Assembly: GCA_965153355.1 (NCBI GenBank)
Contig: OZ231126.1
Location: forward strand, 44,392,001 to 44,456,000
Direction: 5' to 3'
Source of the DNA: Flaccisagitta enflata
Lineage: Eukaryota
Length of the DNA: 64,000 nucleotides
Positions 52,985-64,000 of this stretch are shown here, in pieces. Both the position numbers and the translations under genes were made by a program. Positions within the stretch are counted from its first letter, which is position 1. Every line of letters starts with the position of its first letter. The notes beneath the pieces were generated by a model that did no database searches, was not told the origin of the DNA, and saw only the letters and a list, made by a program, of their open reading frames with translations.

Positions 52985-53788
52985 TTTTTAGTCGCGTGCA
53001 ACGCACAGTCACCCAGAGCTTGACGCCAGTTGACCTGAAATGATTGTCACCACCGTCAGTGGTTTCATGACCCTGATGGTGCATAGATTACATTTCTAAA
53101 AAAATGAAATCTATTTTGGGGCGCTTTTTAAGATATCTAAAAAAATAGTACTATTTTGCTATATTTTTTACCATAATTTTTTATGATGAATTTTTTTGAT
53201 AATTCTGACTGCAGATTTCATTTCAGATGATAGCTTCCGGTTCGTTTGATATGTCACACTATATACTTTTGCAAAAGAAATAAAAAGTTAAATTTTGTTA
53301 TTTAACATTGTTTTATATAGTAATGTGACCAAAAAATAAGCTTTTATTTCTTTTGCAAAAGTATATAGTGTGACATATCAAACAAACCGGAAACTATCAT
53401 CTGAAATCGAATCTGCAGTCAAAATTATCAAAAAAATTTATCACTAAGAGTTATAGTAAAAAATATAGTAAAATAATACTATTTTTTTTAATATCTTAAA
53501 AAGCGCCCCAAAACAGATTTCATTTTTTCTAGAAATGTAATCTATGCACCATCAGGGTCATGAAACCACTGAAGTTGGTGACGATCATTTCAGGTCAACT
53601 GGCGTCAAGCTCTGGGCGGCTGTGTACGCGACTCTTCACCCTGCTTTGTTCGTCGGTCGGTTGGTTGGTCACACTTTACTTTTTATATGTTTTTTATTCT
53701 TTAACCGAACTGCTCCTGCTCAAATGCTCTGGTGACCTCAAATATGGCCCCTACCCACTCGCACGCGACTGGGGTAACCGGCCTTGTT
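52985..53788 (+). mobile_element. Short HINE split by the 53004-53624 MITE
   Basis: TAGTCGCGTGC|insert|TACGCGACT continues to GGCCTTGTT. Confidence 0.75.
53004..53624. mobile_element. Palindromic CAC-terminated MITE (CMC group, Chapaev-like 4-bp TSD)
   Basis: CACAGTCACCCAGAGC / GCTCTGGGCGGCTGTG, ~285-bp arms, flanks aacg/tacg; splits a HINE. Confidence 0.85.
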
Positions 53789-54323
53789 GTTAGAATACAT
53801 TTCACTTTCAGTCCTATGCAGTAAAACGAAAAGTTCAATGTCCACCCTCATCTCGGACAATACTGACCATCTGTCCGTCTGGCGTGAGTCTGTAACATTA
53901 GGGAAATATTGCCACTTTTCATGTCTATATGTTCATTTGAGTATGTGATTTGGTAATTATGCAAATCACTTATGTAAAATGAAGTTTAGTATGTAAATGT
54001 GAAATGGAGCATGCCATTTTTGCCCTGTTGGGTGTTTATTAGTCATCTTTTTTATTATCCATCTGTCCACCATTCTTTCTATCAGCCCTTCCATTGGTTT
54101 CTTAGTTCATCTGTCTGTCCGTCTGCCTGTCCTTCCGTCCATCCATCCATCCAATTCCTCTGTCCATCTGTATTTCCATCCACCCATACATTCGTCTATC
54201 TGTCTGTTCATATGTCCGTCTGTCCGTCCCTCTGTGCGTTCGTCCACTTAGATGTAGCTATTTTCTTTAAGGATTTTAAGGGATTTTTTGAAGAAAGGGA
54301 GAAAGAAGGGAAAATAAAGGGAG

Positions 54324-54505
54324 AACAAGACCGGAAACACGGCTACCCTAGTCGCGTGCGGGTGGGCAGGAGCAGTGCTGGAGAAGGTCACTAGGGCATC
54401 TGGGCAAGAGCTGTATGCTCAAAAAGCTCAAAAACGCCGAAAAAGTATAAAGGGCACCAACCGACCGACATAGCGGGATGTACAGTCGCGTAGCACGCGA
54501 CTAAA
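54324..54505 (-). mobile_element. Short HINE
   Basis: Full termini. Confidence 0.75.
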
Positions 54506-55232
54506 GAAAGAGACAGAAAGTGTTTGATCTTTCGAAGGAGGCGTTTTTGTTGAAAAGTTTTGTTCCTCTGATAAAAATTCCTGGGAATTTATTTTGTAAT
54601 GTCTGGGAATTCCAAGAAATCATCTTAGTTATTTCTGGGAATACCCAGTAATCTATTAAAATTTCTAAAATGTTAGCATTTAACCCTGTCAACGCGACAT
54701 CAAACTAACATAAAGCTCAAGACCAAATACATGGCAACCTTGGCCTTGGTCGAGCGAAAACCGCCTTTAATTGACTTTGTGACCGATCAACCTACAGACA
54801 GACTGACAGGAAAGTGGCTTAAACAGTTGCTTAGCGGGCAACAAAAGGGAAACGACAACATGATTACCATCTTGGCCATAAATATACGGACAGCGGGTGT
54901 ATAACCTGATTTATCGACAAGAAGTGAACAACCAACTTATCAAAACGCATCTAATATTTAGAATGGGTACCTTGGTCATCCACCGCCGTCTGCTAATGCT
55001 ATGGCAGCAACTTGTAGAGAGACAGGAGGTACTATGAAGTGATGTTGACAAAACCTTTTACGCGATTTGTTTTAGTATTGCTTTTGATGTTGTTTTCTTG
55101 TGTAAAGGCAGGTTTTCTGTTTGACTACAGGGTCATCCACCTAAGTTGTCACATTCTGTTAAGCTTTTACTCAAAGATGCAAAGAGTTATGGATTTGAAA
55201 TTAAAAGGTTTAAAAGCGCATAGATTGACATT

Positions 55233-56077
55233 GTTAGTTGCGAACATGCAACACTATGAGAGGCTTGGTCCATCCATCCATCCATCCATCCATCCGTCTG
55301 TTGGTCCATCTGTCCGTTGATCTGTCCGTAATGTACAAGTTGAAAAGTGAAAAATGAGGGTTTTAGATGCTCTTTTGGGAATGTGTGTTGGTAGGAGGGG
55401 GGCATGGGGTGTGGATGAGGGTGGGATGCCCCTGCCCAACTGTCCACAATGATAACGGGTGGTCTTTAAAAAGGTAGCTTTTAATTTTTTTAATATTACT
55501 TTGAAAATTTCTCCTAAGTGAAAATTTTTTTCTAGCTACCTAGATATGATCGTGGTCTACATGTTTCATTATGAACATTTTTTATGAGGATCAATATTTT
55601 TCATTCTATCTTTAAAAAACTAAATTGAATTAGGGACCTCTCAAAGAATTTTGTTAAAATTTGACTAAAAATCAAAGAAATTTGACTAAATTTGACTAAA
55701 TTTGACTAAATTTGACTAAAAATAAAAAAAATTTACTTTTGATTGAGGATAGTTGAATAGAAGTGGGTTCTAGGAAACTGTAAAAAACAAAAATTTTTAA
55801 GTAAAAAACCAAATGCACATTCAAAATACTAATAATAACTAATTTTCATTTTTAATTATAAACAGGCAATAATGCTCAGAAAAAATTATTTTTCTTTATC
55901 ATAGATAATTTGAATTTGTATATTTTAGTCATATATACAAATTCAGAGATTCATCATTTCAAATATTGAACAATAAAAAATCAAATATTGAACAATAAAA
56001 AACAGTTTTTCATTTATTCAGATACAGAGCTACCTTTTTTATGTCCACCTGGTATTGTGACCCCGCTTCATTTGTTT
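55233..56077 (+). mobile_element. Short HINE (GTGAC subfamily) split by 55455-56052
   Basis: Halves 55233-55454 and 56053-56077 reconstitute the consensus. Confidence 0.7.
55455..56052. mobile_element. Tc1/mariner-type MITE inserted in a HINE
   Basis: ta|ACGGGTGGTCTTTAAAAAGGTAGCT ... AGCTACCTTTTTTATGTCCACCTGG|ta; host HINE resumes exactly after the TA. Confidence 0.75.
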
Positions 56078-56321
56078 GTATCACAATTCATACAATGTAG
56101 GTCAAGCAGTTTGAATTTTATGAAGATTGGAGGTAATATCCCACAAAGCACAGAAAGTACAGAAATCTTGCATTTATTCAATTTCATTATTTCTAATCTA
56201 TTTTAATCAGAGATGATGGATTCGTCACAAACAATATGAAAATTTGTTGACACTTAAAGCTACATCAAATCACCTGTTATCCAAGGCCAATTTTGCAGTG
56301 GTAGTCCATATTGATTAAAAA

Positions 56322-56524
56322 AACAAGGCCGGATACATGGCTACCCCAGTCGCGTGCGGGTGGGCAGGGGCTGTATTTGAGGGTACTTGATCATTTGGGC
56401 AAGAGCAGTGAGGCCAAATACTGCAAAAAACCCAAAAGTAAAGTGTGACACACGGACCGACGGACCAACGGACCGACAGACGGACCGACAAAGCGGGGTG
56501 TAGAGTCGCATAGCACGCGACTAA
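56322..56524 (-). mobile_element. Short HINE
   Basis: Full termini. Confidence 0.8.
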
Positions 56525-56634
56525 TAAGCAAGTGCTATTGCATCATTTTTGGATTTTAATTGAAAATCTGCTAAAAGGGGAAATGTCAGCTTTTGTGTCA
56601 CATCTTCATAAAAAAACAAACTACAGGGCCCACA

Positions 56635-57251
56635 CACTGCTTTCTGATAGAGGATTTGAGACAAGAATGATATCACTCCGGCTTTTTCTGCATTTTTGTG
56701 TAGATCATAGGCATACAAAACAAGAACTATCCAGTGGAAAATCATCCCAAGAGCGCATTTTGAAAAAAAAATCAAAAATTCATAATTTTTAGCTTCATCA
56801 TACATAAATAACTTTGCAGGTTGGTCTGACTGATTTTTTGAGAGCATATTGTCAATCCTGATCTAATTTCCTTTCATTTGACAGGTCGCACTATATGGTT
56901 TTAAAAAGAAATAACATTTTCATTTTTAAGCCACCCTTACAAAAATTGCAGCGGTGGCCTAAAATATGAAAATTTGATTTTTCATCAAAACCATATAGTG
57001 CGACCTATCAAATGAATGGGAATTTTACCAGGATTAACAATATGCTGTTATAAAAGAGTCAGACCAAATTAAAAAATTATTTGTGAAAAATGAAACTAAA
57101 AATTATAAATTTTTAACTTTTTTCAAAATGCGCTCTAGGGATGAATTTCCACTGGATAGTTCTTGATTTGTTTGCCTATGACCTACACAAAAATGCAGAA
57201 AAACCCGGAGTGATATCATTCTTGTCACAAATCTTCTGTTAGAAAGCAGTG
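56635..57251. mobile_element. CACTA/EnSpm-type palindromic MITE
   Basis: CACTGCTTTCT...AGAAAGCAGTG, 2-bp TSD CA, inverted symmetry over the full length. Confidence 0.85.
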
Positions 57252-57507
57252 CACATTGATAAAATTTTGATCATAAAAATGTCAATATATGCTCTCTAAG
57301 ACTTAATCAATTTTAAATCCATAGCTTTTTGCATCTCTGAAAAAAAGCTTAACATAATCCAACAACTAAGGTGGATGACCCAGTACACAAATTCTCAACT
57401 GGATTGCGATCCAGGTTAGTCCAGGCCAACTCAAAGAGCTGAACTCATCTTAATGCCAATTCTCTGTAAATTTTGTGCAGGGCCTCAGTGTACCATCTCC
57501 CATAAAC

Positions 57508-58580
57508 AATAGTCGCAAAAGCGTTAGATGGTCAGCGGTACCCGTTGCCCCTATGTGAGTTTATGTGGGTGTGAGGTGGTTAGAGGGGCAGCAGCCCCAA
57601 AGGGGATGATGACCTATGCTGTTTTTATTTGAGCCTCAAGGCTGGAATTAGGGTCTCGAGGCTAGGATTTGAGCTTTGAGGCTGGGATTTGAGCCTTGAG
57701 GCTGGGGATTGAGCCTCGAGGCTGGAATTTGATCCTCGAGGCTGGGATCAATCTGAGGCTGGGATTGATCTCGGGCTGGATCTGATCCTCGGGCTGGGAT
57801 TTGAGCCTCGGGAGGCTGGGATTTGAGCCTCGAGGCTGGGTTTGAGCCTCGAGGCTGGGATTTGAGCCTCGAGGCTGGGTCTCAAGGCTGGGTGAGCCTA
57901 CAGGCTGGGATTTTGAGCCTCCAGGCTGGGATTTGAGCCTCCCAGCTGGGATTTGGGTCTTGAGGCTGAGATATGGGCCTGGGGGGGTCTGAAAGAAGAG
58001 GAAGAAGGAGGAGGAGGAGAAATTTCTCCTGTGTGAAAGAAAGCATAGGTCTCGGCCCCTTCGGACACTGCTAAAAGGCCTGACACAGCTGCCTAGTCAG
58101 CATTTGGGTGACAGGAGCAGTGCTGTAAAGGATCACTAGAGAATTTGGGCGGGAGCAGTAGGCTCAAAAAGCTCAAAGACACCAAAAAAGTAATAGTCGC
58201 AAAAGCGTTAGATGGTCAGCGGTACCTGTGCCCTGCCTAAGGAGGTTGTGCTTGAGAGTTGAAGGGAAGCAGGAGCGACTCGAAGGGAGTCGATGACCTA
58301 TACTATGCTTTCACACATAAGGCCTTCTCATTCCTTGCTCTCTCACACGTCCTCCCCCCTCAAATTCCAGCCTCAAGGCCCAAATCCCAGCCTTGAGTCC
58401 CAAATCCCAGCCTCAAGACCCAAATCCAAGCCTCGAGGTCTAAATCCCAGCCTTGAGGCCCAAATCCTAGCCTCGAGGCCCAAATCCTAGCCTCATGGCC
58501 AAAATCCTAGCCTCAAGGCCCAAATCCTAGCCTCAAGGCCCAGATCCCAGCCTGGAGGCCCAAATCTCAGCCTTGAGGCT
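57508..58580 (-). mobile_element. Two long HINE-like elements (57508-58076; 58192-58580 truncated)
   Basis: AATAGTCGCAAAAGCGTTAGATGGTCAGCGGTACC ends, 20-bp repeats. Confidence 0.7.
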
Positions 58581-59121
58581 CTCTGAGCTCAGAAAACATA
58601 AATATACTCCTTTGTTGATTCTGCTTTAAATCATAGCAATAAAAAAAAATTGTCATAACGCATTCAGCTTGGTGCCAAATGAAGGAAAATTGTCAAATTC
58701 ACTTACCCTATCAATTTTATTGAAAGCCTAACCTGGTCAATCGAGATGCACAACTTCCCTATAAGAAAATAATAACCATGTTTCTCGGGAATATGTCAAA
58801 AAGTCGAGGACAGACTTTTTTTCCAACTAATTAGGAAAAAATTGAAAAACATTCTCGATTTTTTGAGTCATGGTAAGATTAATGTGTCCTTTTGCTTGAG
58901 ACAATTTGAGAAGATTGGGGCAGGAGCAAGCTCGCCCGGGAATGAGGGTTGAAATTAGTTCAGGGTGAAAAAAGGCACTTTTACCTTCTGGGAAAAAAAT
59001 CAGGGCACTGTCGGACCAATACTTTAGTGCATGTTTTTTAATCTTTTTTTATTTTTATTTTTCAGCATTTTCAAATCTTTATTTTCTTGATCTCAATTTT
59101 GGACCCCAAAAAACAGTACAG

Positions 59122-59540
59122 CAGAGGCAGAGAGGAGGAAGGAGAGGAGGAGGAGGAAGGAGGGAGGGGAAGGAGAGGAAGGAATGAGGGAGAGGAAGGA
59201 GGGACAGGATTTTTCATCGATCTCAATTTTGGCCCTAAGTAACAACAAAAATAAGTTCAGCAGAGGGAGAGGGAGGGAGGAGGAAGGAGGAAGGAAGGAG
59301 AGGAGGAAAAGGAGGAGGAGGAGGAAGGAAGGGAGAGGGAGAGAGGGTGGGAGGAGGAAAGGAGGAGGAAGGGAGGGAGATGGGAGTAGGAGGGAGGGAG
59401 AGGAAGGGGGGTGAGAGAGGGAAGAGGAAGGAGGAGAGAGGAGGGAGAGAGGGGAGGGACAGAGGGAGGAGGGAGGAAGAGAGGCAGAGGAGGGAGAGAG
59501 GGAGGGAGAGAGGAGGGAACAGGATGGAGGCAGAGAGGAG
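59122..59540. repeat. Purine-rich GGA/GGGA low-complexity tract
   Basis: Direct inspection. Confidence 0.9.
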
Positions 59541-59564
59541 TTAGGACACACAGAACCACACACA

Positions 59565-59598
<34 letters not shown>

Positions 59599-59955
59599 TG
59601 TGAATGAAATAAGGAGATAGAAAAAAATGAAAAAAAAAACAAAAACAATTTTGCAATTTTTTTCCGGTCGGCGAGAGCCGCCTTTACTGGTAGAAAACAA
59701 GCGTCAAGCCAAATTTTAGGAACGCATTTCCCTGCAACTCCAATTGATCTTTAATTTATCAACGACTTACTCTGTTAGCATCCTGCACTTTTGACCATCA
59801 TTTCCATATATTGTATTTTTGTTTGTTTTGTCTCTTTCCATTTAGTTTCATGTAGAAAACTGGATATAAAACGAACGGCTCACAACGAATTGGGATTGTC
59901 GTTTCATGGACTAAACCAAGAGTAGAACCCTATAATAGATTGCCAAAAGAAAAAT

Positions 59956-60094
59956 AACAAGGCCAAGTAGGCCAATAAGGTGCGACGTGTGGATCGTCGA
60001 ACGAATGCGTTACCCAACCGACCGACCGACCGACCAACCAACCAACCGACCAACGGACACAGCCAGTTATAGAGGTGCTTTGTCCTACCTAAAA
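59956..60094 (-). mobile_element. Short HINE, GGCCTACTTGGCC subfamily
   Basis: Matches 18815-18939. Confidence 0.75.
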
Positions 60095-60817
60095 GAAATA
60101 ATAAATTCATCCCACTAGACAAACTCACAATTGCATCCATTTTCAAAAGAGAATCAAGGGATTTTTATGTTGCCAACAGCTAACATAACCGTGGCAGAGA
60201 AAAAGATTAAACAAGATGTTTATCAGAGTTTCATATTCAAGCAATGAGAAAATCATTGCAATATTCATGAACAAAGCTCTTCAAAAGATTGTCAAAATGG
60301 TTGTCCTAGCTTTATTCGTTGAGAAATGGCATCAGAATGTAAACAGGTGGTCAAAAATTGAAAATTCACCCCAGGATTTTCATGTTTTCACTTTGTTGTA
60401 ACATAAAATTTGAACAAACTGAGTGACCAAAATTTCTTTCTTGGTGGCATTTTAAAGACGATTCGATGCAATTCAATTTTTATCAAAATTTGCTCATGGA
60501 TAGTTTTGACTTTCCTGAGTGGCATCATTAAGAAAAACACCAAAACAAAAACTACATGTTTCTTCATGACCATGAGTGTTCGGTGGCCATATTTGGAGTA
60601 AAGGTACTTTATAAAGAATGATCATGACAGAACCGTTTTGTCGGATGGCTAACGCGCGCTCAAATCATATAACTCGAAACTGCACTTGTTTTTTTGTTCT
60701 TGCATCCCCACCCCTGCCCCTACCCAACCCCGACGGTCTAAATCCACCCCTAGCCCTAAAACCAAACACTGGAGTCAATTCAGGACATCATCTTTGTCTA
60801 TCATTCTCGGTCTGTCC

Positions 60818-60911
<94 letters not shown>

Positions 60912-61340
60912 CACAGACACGTATGTATCATGTATGGGCACTAATCTGCACACAGACCCTCACATTCACTCTAGATCCTGAAGGCTAAACCCGGTCAGCA
61001 CTCCACATTACGTAATGGGAACCCCCCGGAGGTTAAGCTGTATAACAAGTGAAGTAATATCCCTCACTATATCAAAACTGAAATGAATGGACGAGGGCCT
61101 TGAGAACCCTCACTGATTAATTGATAAACGCATGTAACACATATGCAACACGTATGCAACAGCGAGTCAAAATTGAAGACAACAATTGACATTACCATGA
61201 TCCAAGCAGTAGCCTCATAGACAATGAAAACCCTGAATCAAGAGGGCTAACCTCAACGAAAAAACTGTTCTATTACATCGCTCAGACTTTCTCATCCGTC
61301 TCAACATTTCTCTTTATGCTTTTTGCCATTTTATTTAAAG

Positions 61341-61405
<65 letters not shown>

Positions 61406-61599
61406 AACGTCGTCTTCGTCTACTTCGTCATCATCGTCGTCATCTTCATCGTCGCCATCATCGTCCTATTTATCATCACCTCTTTTCCGAGGGCTGTCGA
61501 TCCTGCAGCAGGCGAAAAACTGTTTAAATCAGGCAGCGGCCATTGAAAGACAAAACCCGCGTTGAGCTGATATTTGTGTACAAGCAATATAGTTCATCG

Positions 61600-61908
61600 C
61601 AGGGGTGTACATAATTGAGTCACTTTTGATCCCCCCCTGTCTTTGAATTTTTTAGCCACAACGCGTCACATGACATTTTTAAATCTATGATTTTCTTCCC
61701 CATTTGGAATAAAGCAGTGTAGTTAAGGTTTAAATAGTGTTAAATCTTTTTTTATTAATCGGTTTTTATGATTTAGTGCTGCCATAAGTTATATTTTCCC
61801 CAAATTTTCTTTTTTTCTTTTTTTTTCCCCTTTGATTTCCTTCCCCATCTCCAAACCATTTGATTTCCCCCTCCCCCCATGGGGGGAACTCAATCATATA
61901 CAAGCCTG
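61600..61908. mobile_element. hAT-type MITE
   Basis: CAGGGGTGTACATA...TATACAAGCCTG, 8-bp TSD gttcatcg/gttcattg. Confidence 0.8.
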
Positions 61909-62068
61909 GTTCATTGTGGTCATGATTTCAACACAACTGTTGAGGAATATGTTAACCATTTTCTGTAGTCAGATCTACAAACAGTGCTCTATACAGATGC
62001 TTTTAAGCATATCAAACAAGTCATCCAAGGATCGCACATGGTCAGCTTTGAGAGATCAAGTAAAGAAG

Positions 62069-62413
62069 CAGGCCTGTATATAGTTCCACATTCCCACCCC
62101 CGGTGGGGGAGGGGGGCAATTAATCAAAGGGTTGGGAGATGAAGAAGTAAACCTCAGGGGGAAATAAGAGAAAAAAAGAAAATTTGGGGAAAATAAAACT
62201 TTTGGCAGTATCAAATTCTAAAAACTGATTGGTAAAACACAATTTAACACTGTTCAAACCTTAAAGCACTGTTTTATTGCCCCAATGGGAAGAAAATTAT
62301 AGATTTTGTAATGCAACGCAACTTGTCACAGGGAAGAAAATCAAAGGCAAGGGGGGGGGTGGGGGGGGGGGGAAATTTATCAAAGGTCATGGAACTAACT
62401 ATATACACCCCGG
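62069..62413. mobile_element. hAT-type MITE, same family, opposite orientation
   Basis: CAGGCCTGTATATAG...CTATATACACCCCGG, perfect 8-bp TSD taaagaag. Confidence 0.85.
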
Positions 62414-62732
62414 TAAAGAAGTGGAGTGAGATCAGGGCAGCGACCCCAACGAGCCGATATCCTTTAGAACACAGGGGAGAATTTCCAGATGTCCTGAGGG
62501 GCATATTTTAGGCTTGGTTGAAGTCCTTAAAGGCGGAATTGAGGTCTGGGGGGCAGATTTCAGGCTTGAAGAATGGATTTGAGGGCTAGAGGGCAGGCTT
62601 GAGGCTTAAAGGGCAGATTCGAAGCATAAAGGACTAATCAGAGGGCTTGGAGGGCTAAATTGAAATTTGGGAGGACTAATTTGAGGGCCAAAATCAGGCC
62701 TGAAAGTGCTGAAATGAGGCCCCAATGGCCAA

Positions 62733-63628
62733 CTACTATCTAGCTCATAAATATATCGACAAAATGGGAATTAGTTGGTCTATTGACATAGAATTGATAG
62801 AAAAATCTTTAGAATCTATCAAATACTTAGTATTGCATATTTAGTTTTCAAAAATTATCTGAGTATGGATTTTCTAAGCATTCTAACACAAATTTATAGC
62901 ATAAATGCATGGCAACTCTCCCCTCCTTGTGTGAATTTTAAGACCATTATCTAACAAATGGTGGGTCCTTCCTTTTGCTTCAATTGCAATCCAAATGACC
63001 CAGTGGGGTTGAAATTGACCACGAAAATATAGGAAGTGCTTGGCCTTGTATAGAGGACCAAAAGTAAGGTGAAAAAACCTCTAATCTACTCTGTCACTCA
63101 ATTCAGAAACTAAAAAGAAACAAGATGCATTATTTTTGCCATTTTTAGATGCGTCCGTCAGGAACGCATCTCTATAAGAGGGTCTGTCCGTCCGTCGGTC
63201 CGTCCGTCCGTCCGTCCGTCCGTCCATCGGTCGGTCCGTCCGTCACGCCTGTGCAAAAAACGCGTTTCTCGGCTGTTTTTGGCCACGGTGAGATCCTACA
63301 CTGAAACAAATGATCAACCAACATGTTTTGAGAGTATTTTCACCCGTCAGTTCGTGCATCTGTCTCTCCATACATATGTCACATGATCAATACACGCTGA
63401 GACACAGCCCGGACGCATCGTTGCCTGGTCGGGCTTGTTCAATTTGGGTATCAATTTTGTTTTGCTTGTCAGATCTAAATGCCTTGAGCTAAAATGATGT
63501 GGTTTGCTGCATTCAGTCAGAAATATAAAGTAGTCTCAGAATCTCACTGATTTTTATATGATTTTTTTTATTCTAAATAGAGTTATTGCTTTAAATGCTT
63601 GTCGATATATATATGAGCTAGATAGTAG
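62733..63628. mobile_element. Unclassified TIR element
   Basis: 30-bp TIR CTACTATCTAGCTCATAAATATATCGACAA / TTGTCGATATATATATGAGCTAGATAGTAG; flanks caa/cga; interrupts a long HINE. Confidence 0.7.
63142..63439 (+). mobile_element. HINE, AGATGCGTC subfamily, nested
   Basis: TTTTAGATGCGTCC..GCATCT, (GTCC)n, GGACGCATC, GCCTGGTCGGGC+TTGTT. Confidence 0.75.
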
Positions 63629-63906
63629 CGAGGGGAATGGGTGGATGGATGGACGGAGGGACAGATAGACAGAAGGGTGAACAGATGGATGGAAAGATGG
63701 ATGTCTTGATAAACCTTTGTGTCCTGTAGGATATCGGCCCTTGGGGCCGCTGCCCATAAAGATTGCTTACTGAAAATGATTGTTAAGCTTCTATTTCCCT
63801 TCTGATTTCATCATTTTTTAGTTCAAGACCAAGGCCAACAGTTTACCTCTCTAAGGATTAAAGTTTTTGCAGTGTGAACATCCCTGTATGAGGGTACCGC
63901 TGAGCC

Positions 63907-64000
63907 AACGCCGGATACACGGCCACCAGTTGCGGACGGGTGGGCAGGGGCGGAAATGCGCGTTTTCCCACTTTTCAACTCGAGCGTGACGGACCGACGG
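63907..64000 (-). mobile_element. Short HINE cut by window edge
   Basis: GCCGGATACACGGCC AGTTGCGGACGGGTGGGCAGG. Confidence 0.75.

Larger units (their letters stand above)
55128..57383. mobile_element. Tc1/mariner-type MITE swollen by nested insertions
   Basis: ta|CAGGGTCATCCACCTAAGTTG ... CAACTAAGGTGGATGACCCAG|ta, ~105-bp TIRs. Confidence 0.75.
62015..63760 (-). mobile_element. Long HINE-like element interrupted by two TIR elements
   Basis: Pieces 62015-62068, 62414-62732 and 63629-63760 are collinear with 16118-16637. Confidence 0.7.

Overview
Repeat-rich eukaryotic (very probably animal/invertebrate) genomic DNA; nearly all ORFs in the supplied track are microsatellite or transposon artefacts. 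One convincing minus-strand protein-coding locus is present. It starts with a 2.7-kb low-complexity exon (46304-43567) ending in a C2H2 zinc finger, spliced to a second zinc-finger exon (42115-41943). Four further phase-compatible GT-AG exons (30791-30670, 29452-29350, 9349-9299, 3052-2959) encode a Cys-containing domain, a transmembrane helix and a basic tail; these may belong to the same gene or to a second one. The rest is dominated by ~30 short and ~10 long Helentron-type non-autonomous elements (DINE-1/HINE architecture), a dozen TIR/MITE DNA transposons (CMC/CACTA-, hAT- and Tc1/mariner-type, often nested), micro/minisatellites and a few motif-dense CpG patches. The most striking object is a ~9.4-kb TA-flanked element (17637-27043). 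Its 279-bp terminal inverted repeats each contain an outward-facing tRNA-like Pol III unit (A box, UCA triplet, long hairpin, B box, T7 terminator), and a distantly related TIR of identical geometry lies at 30237. All alignments were done by eye; no database searches were run.
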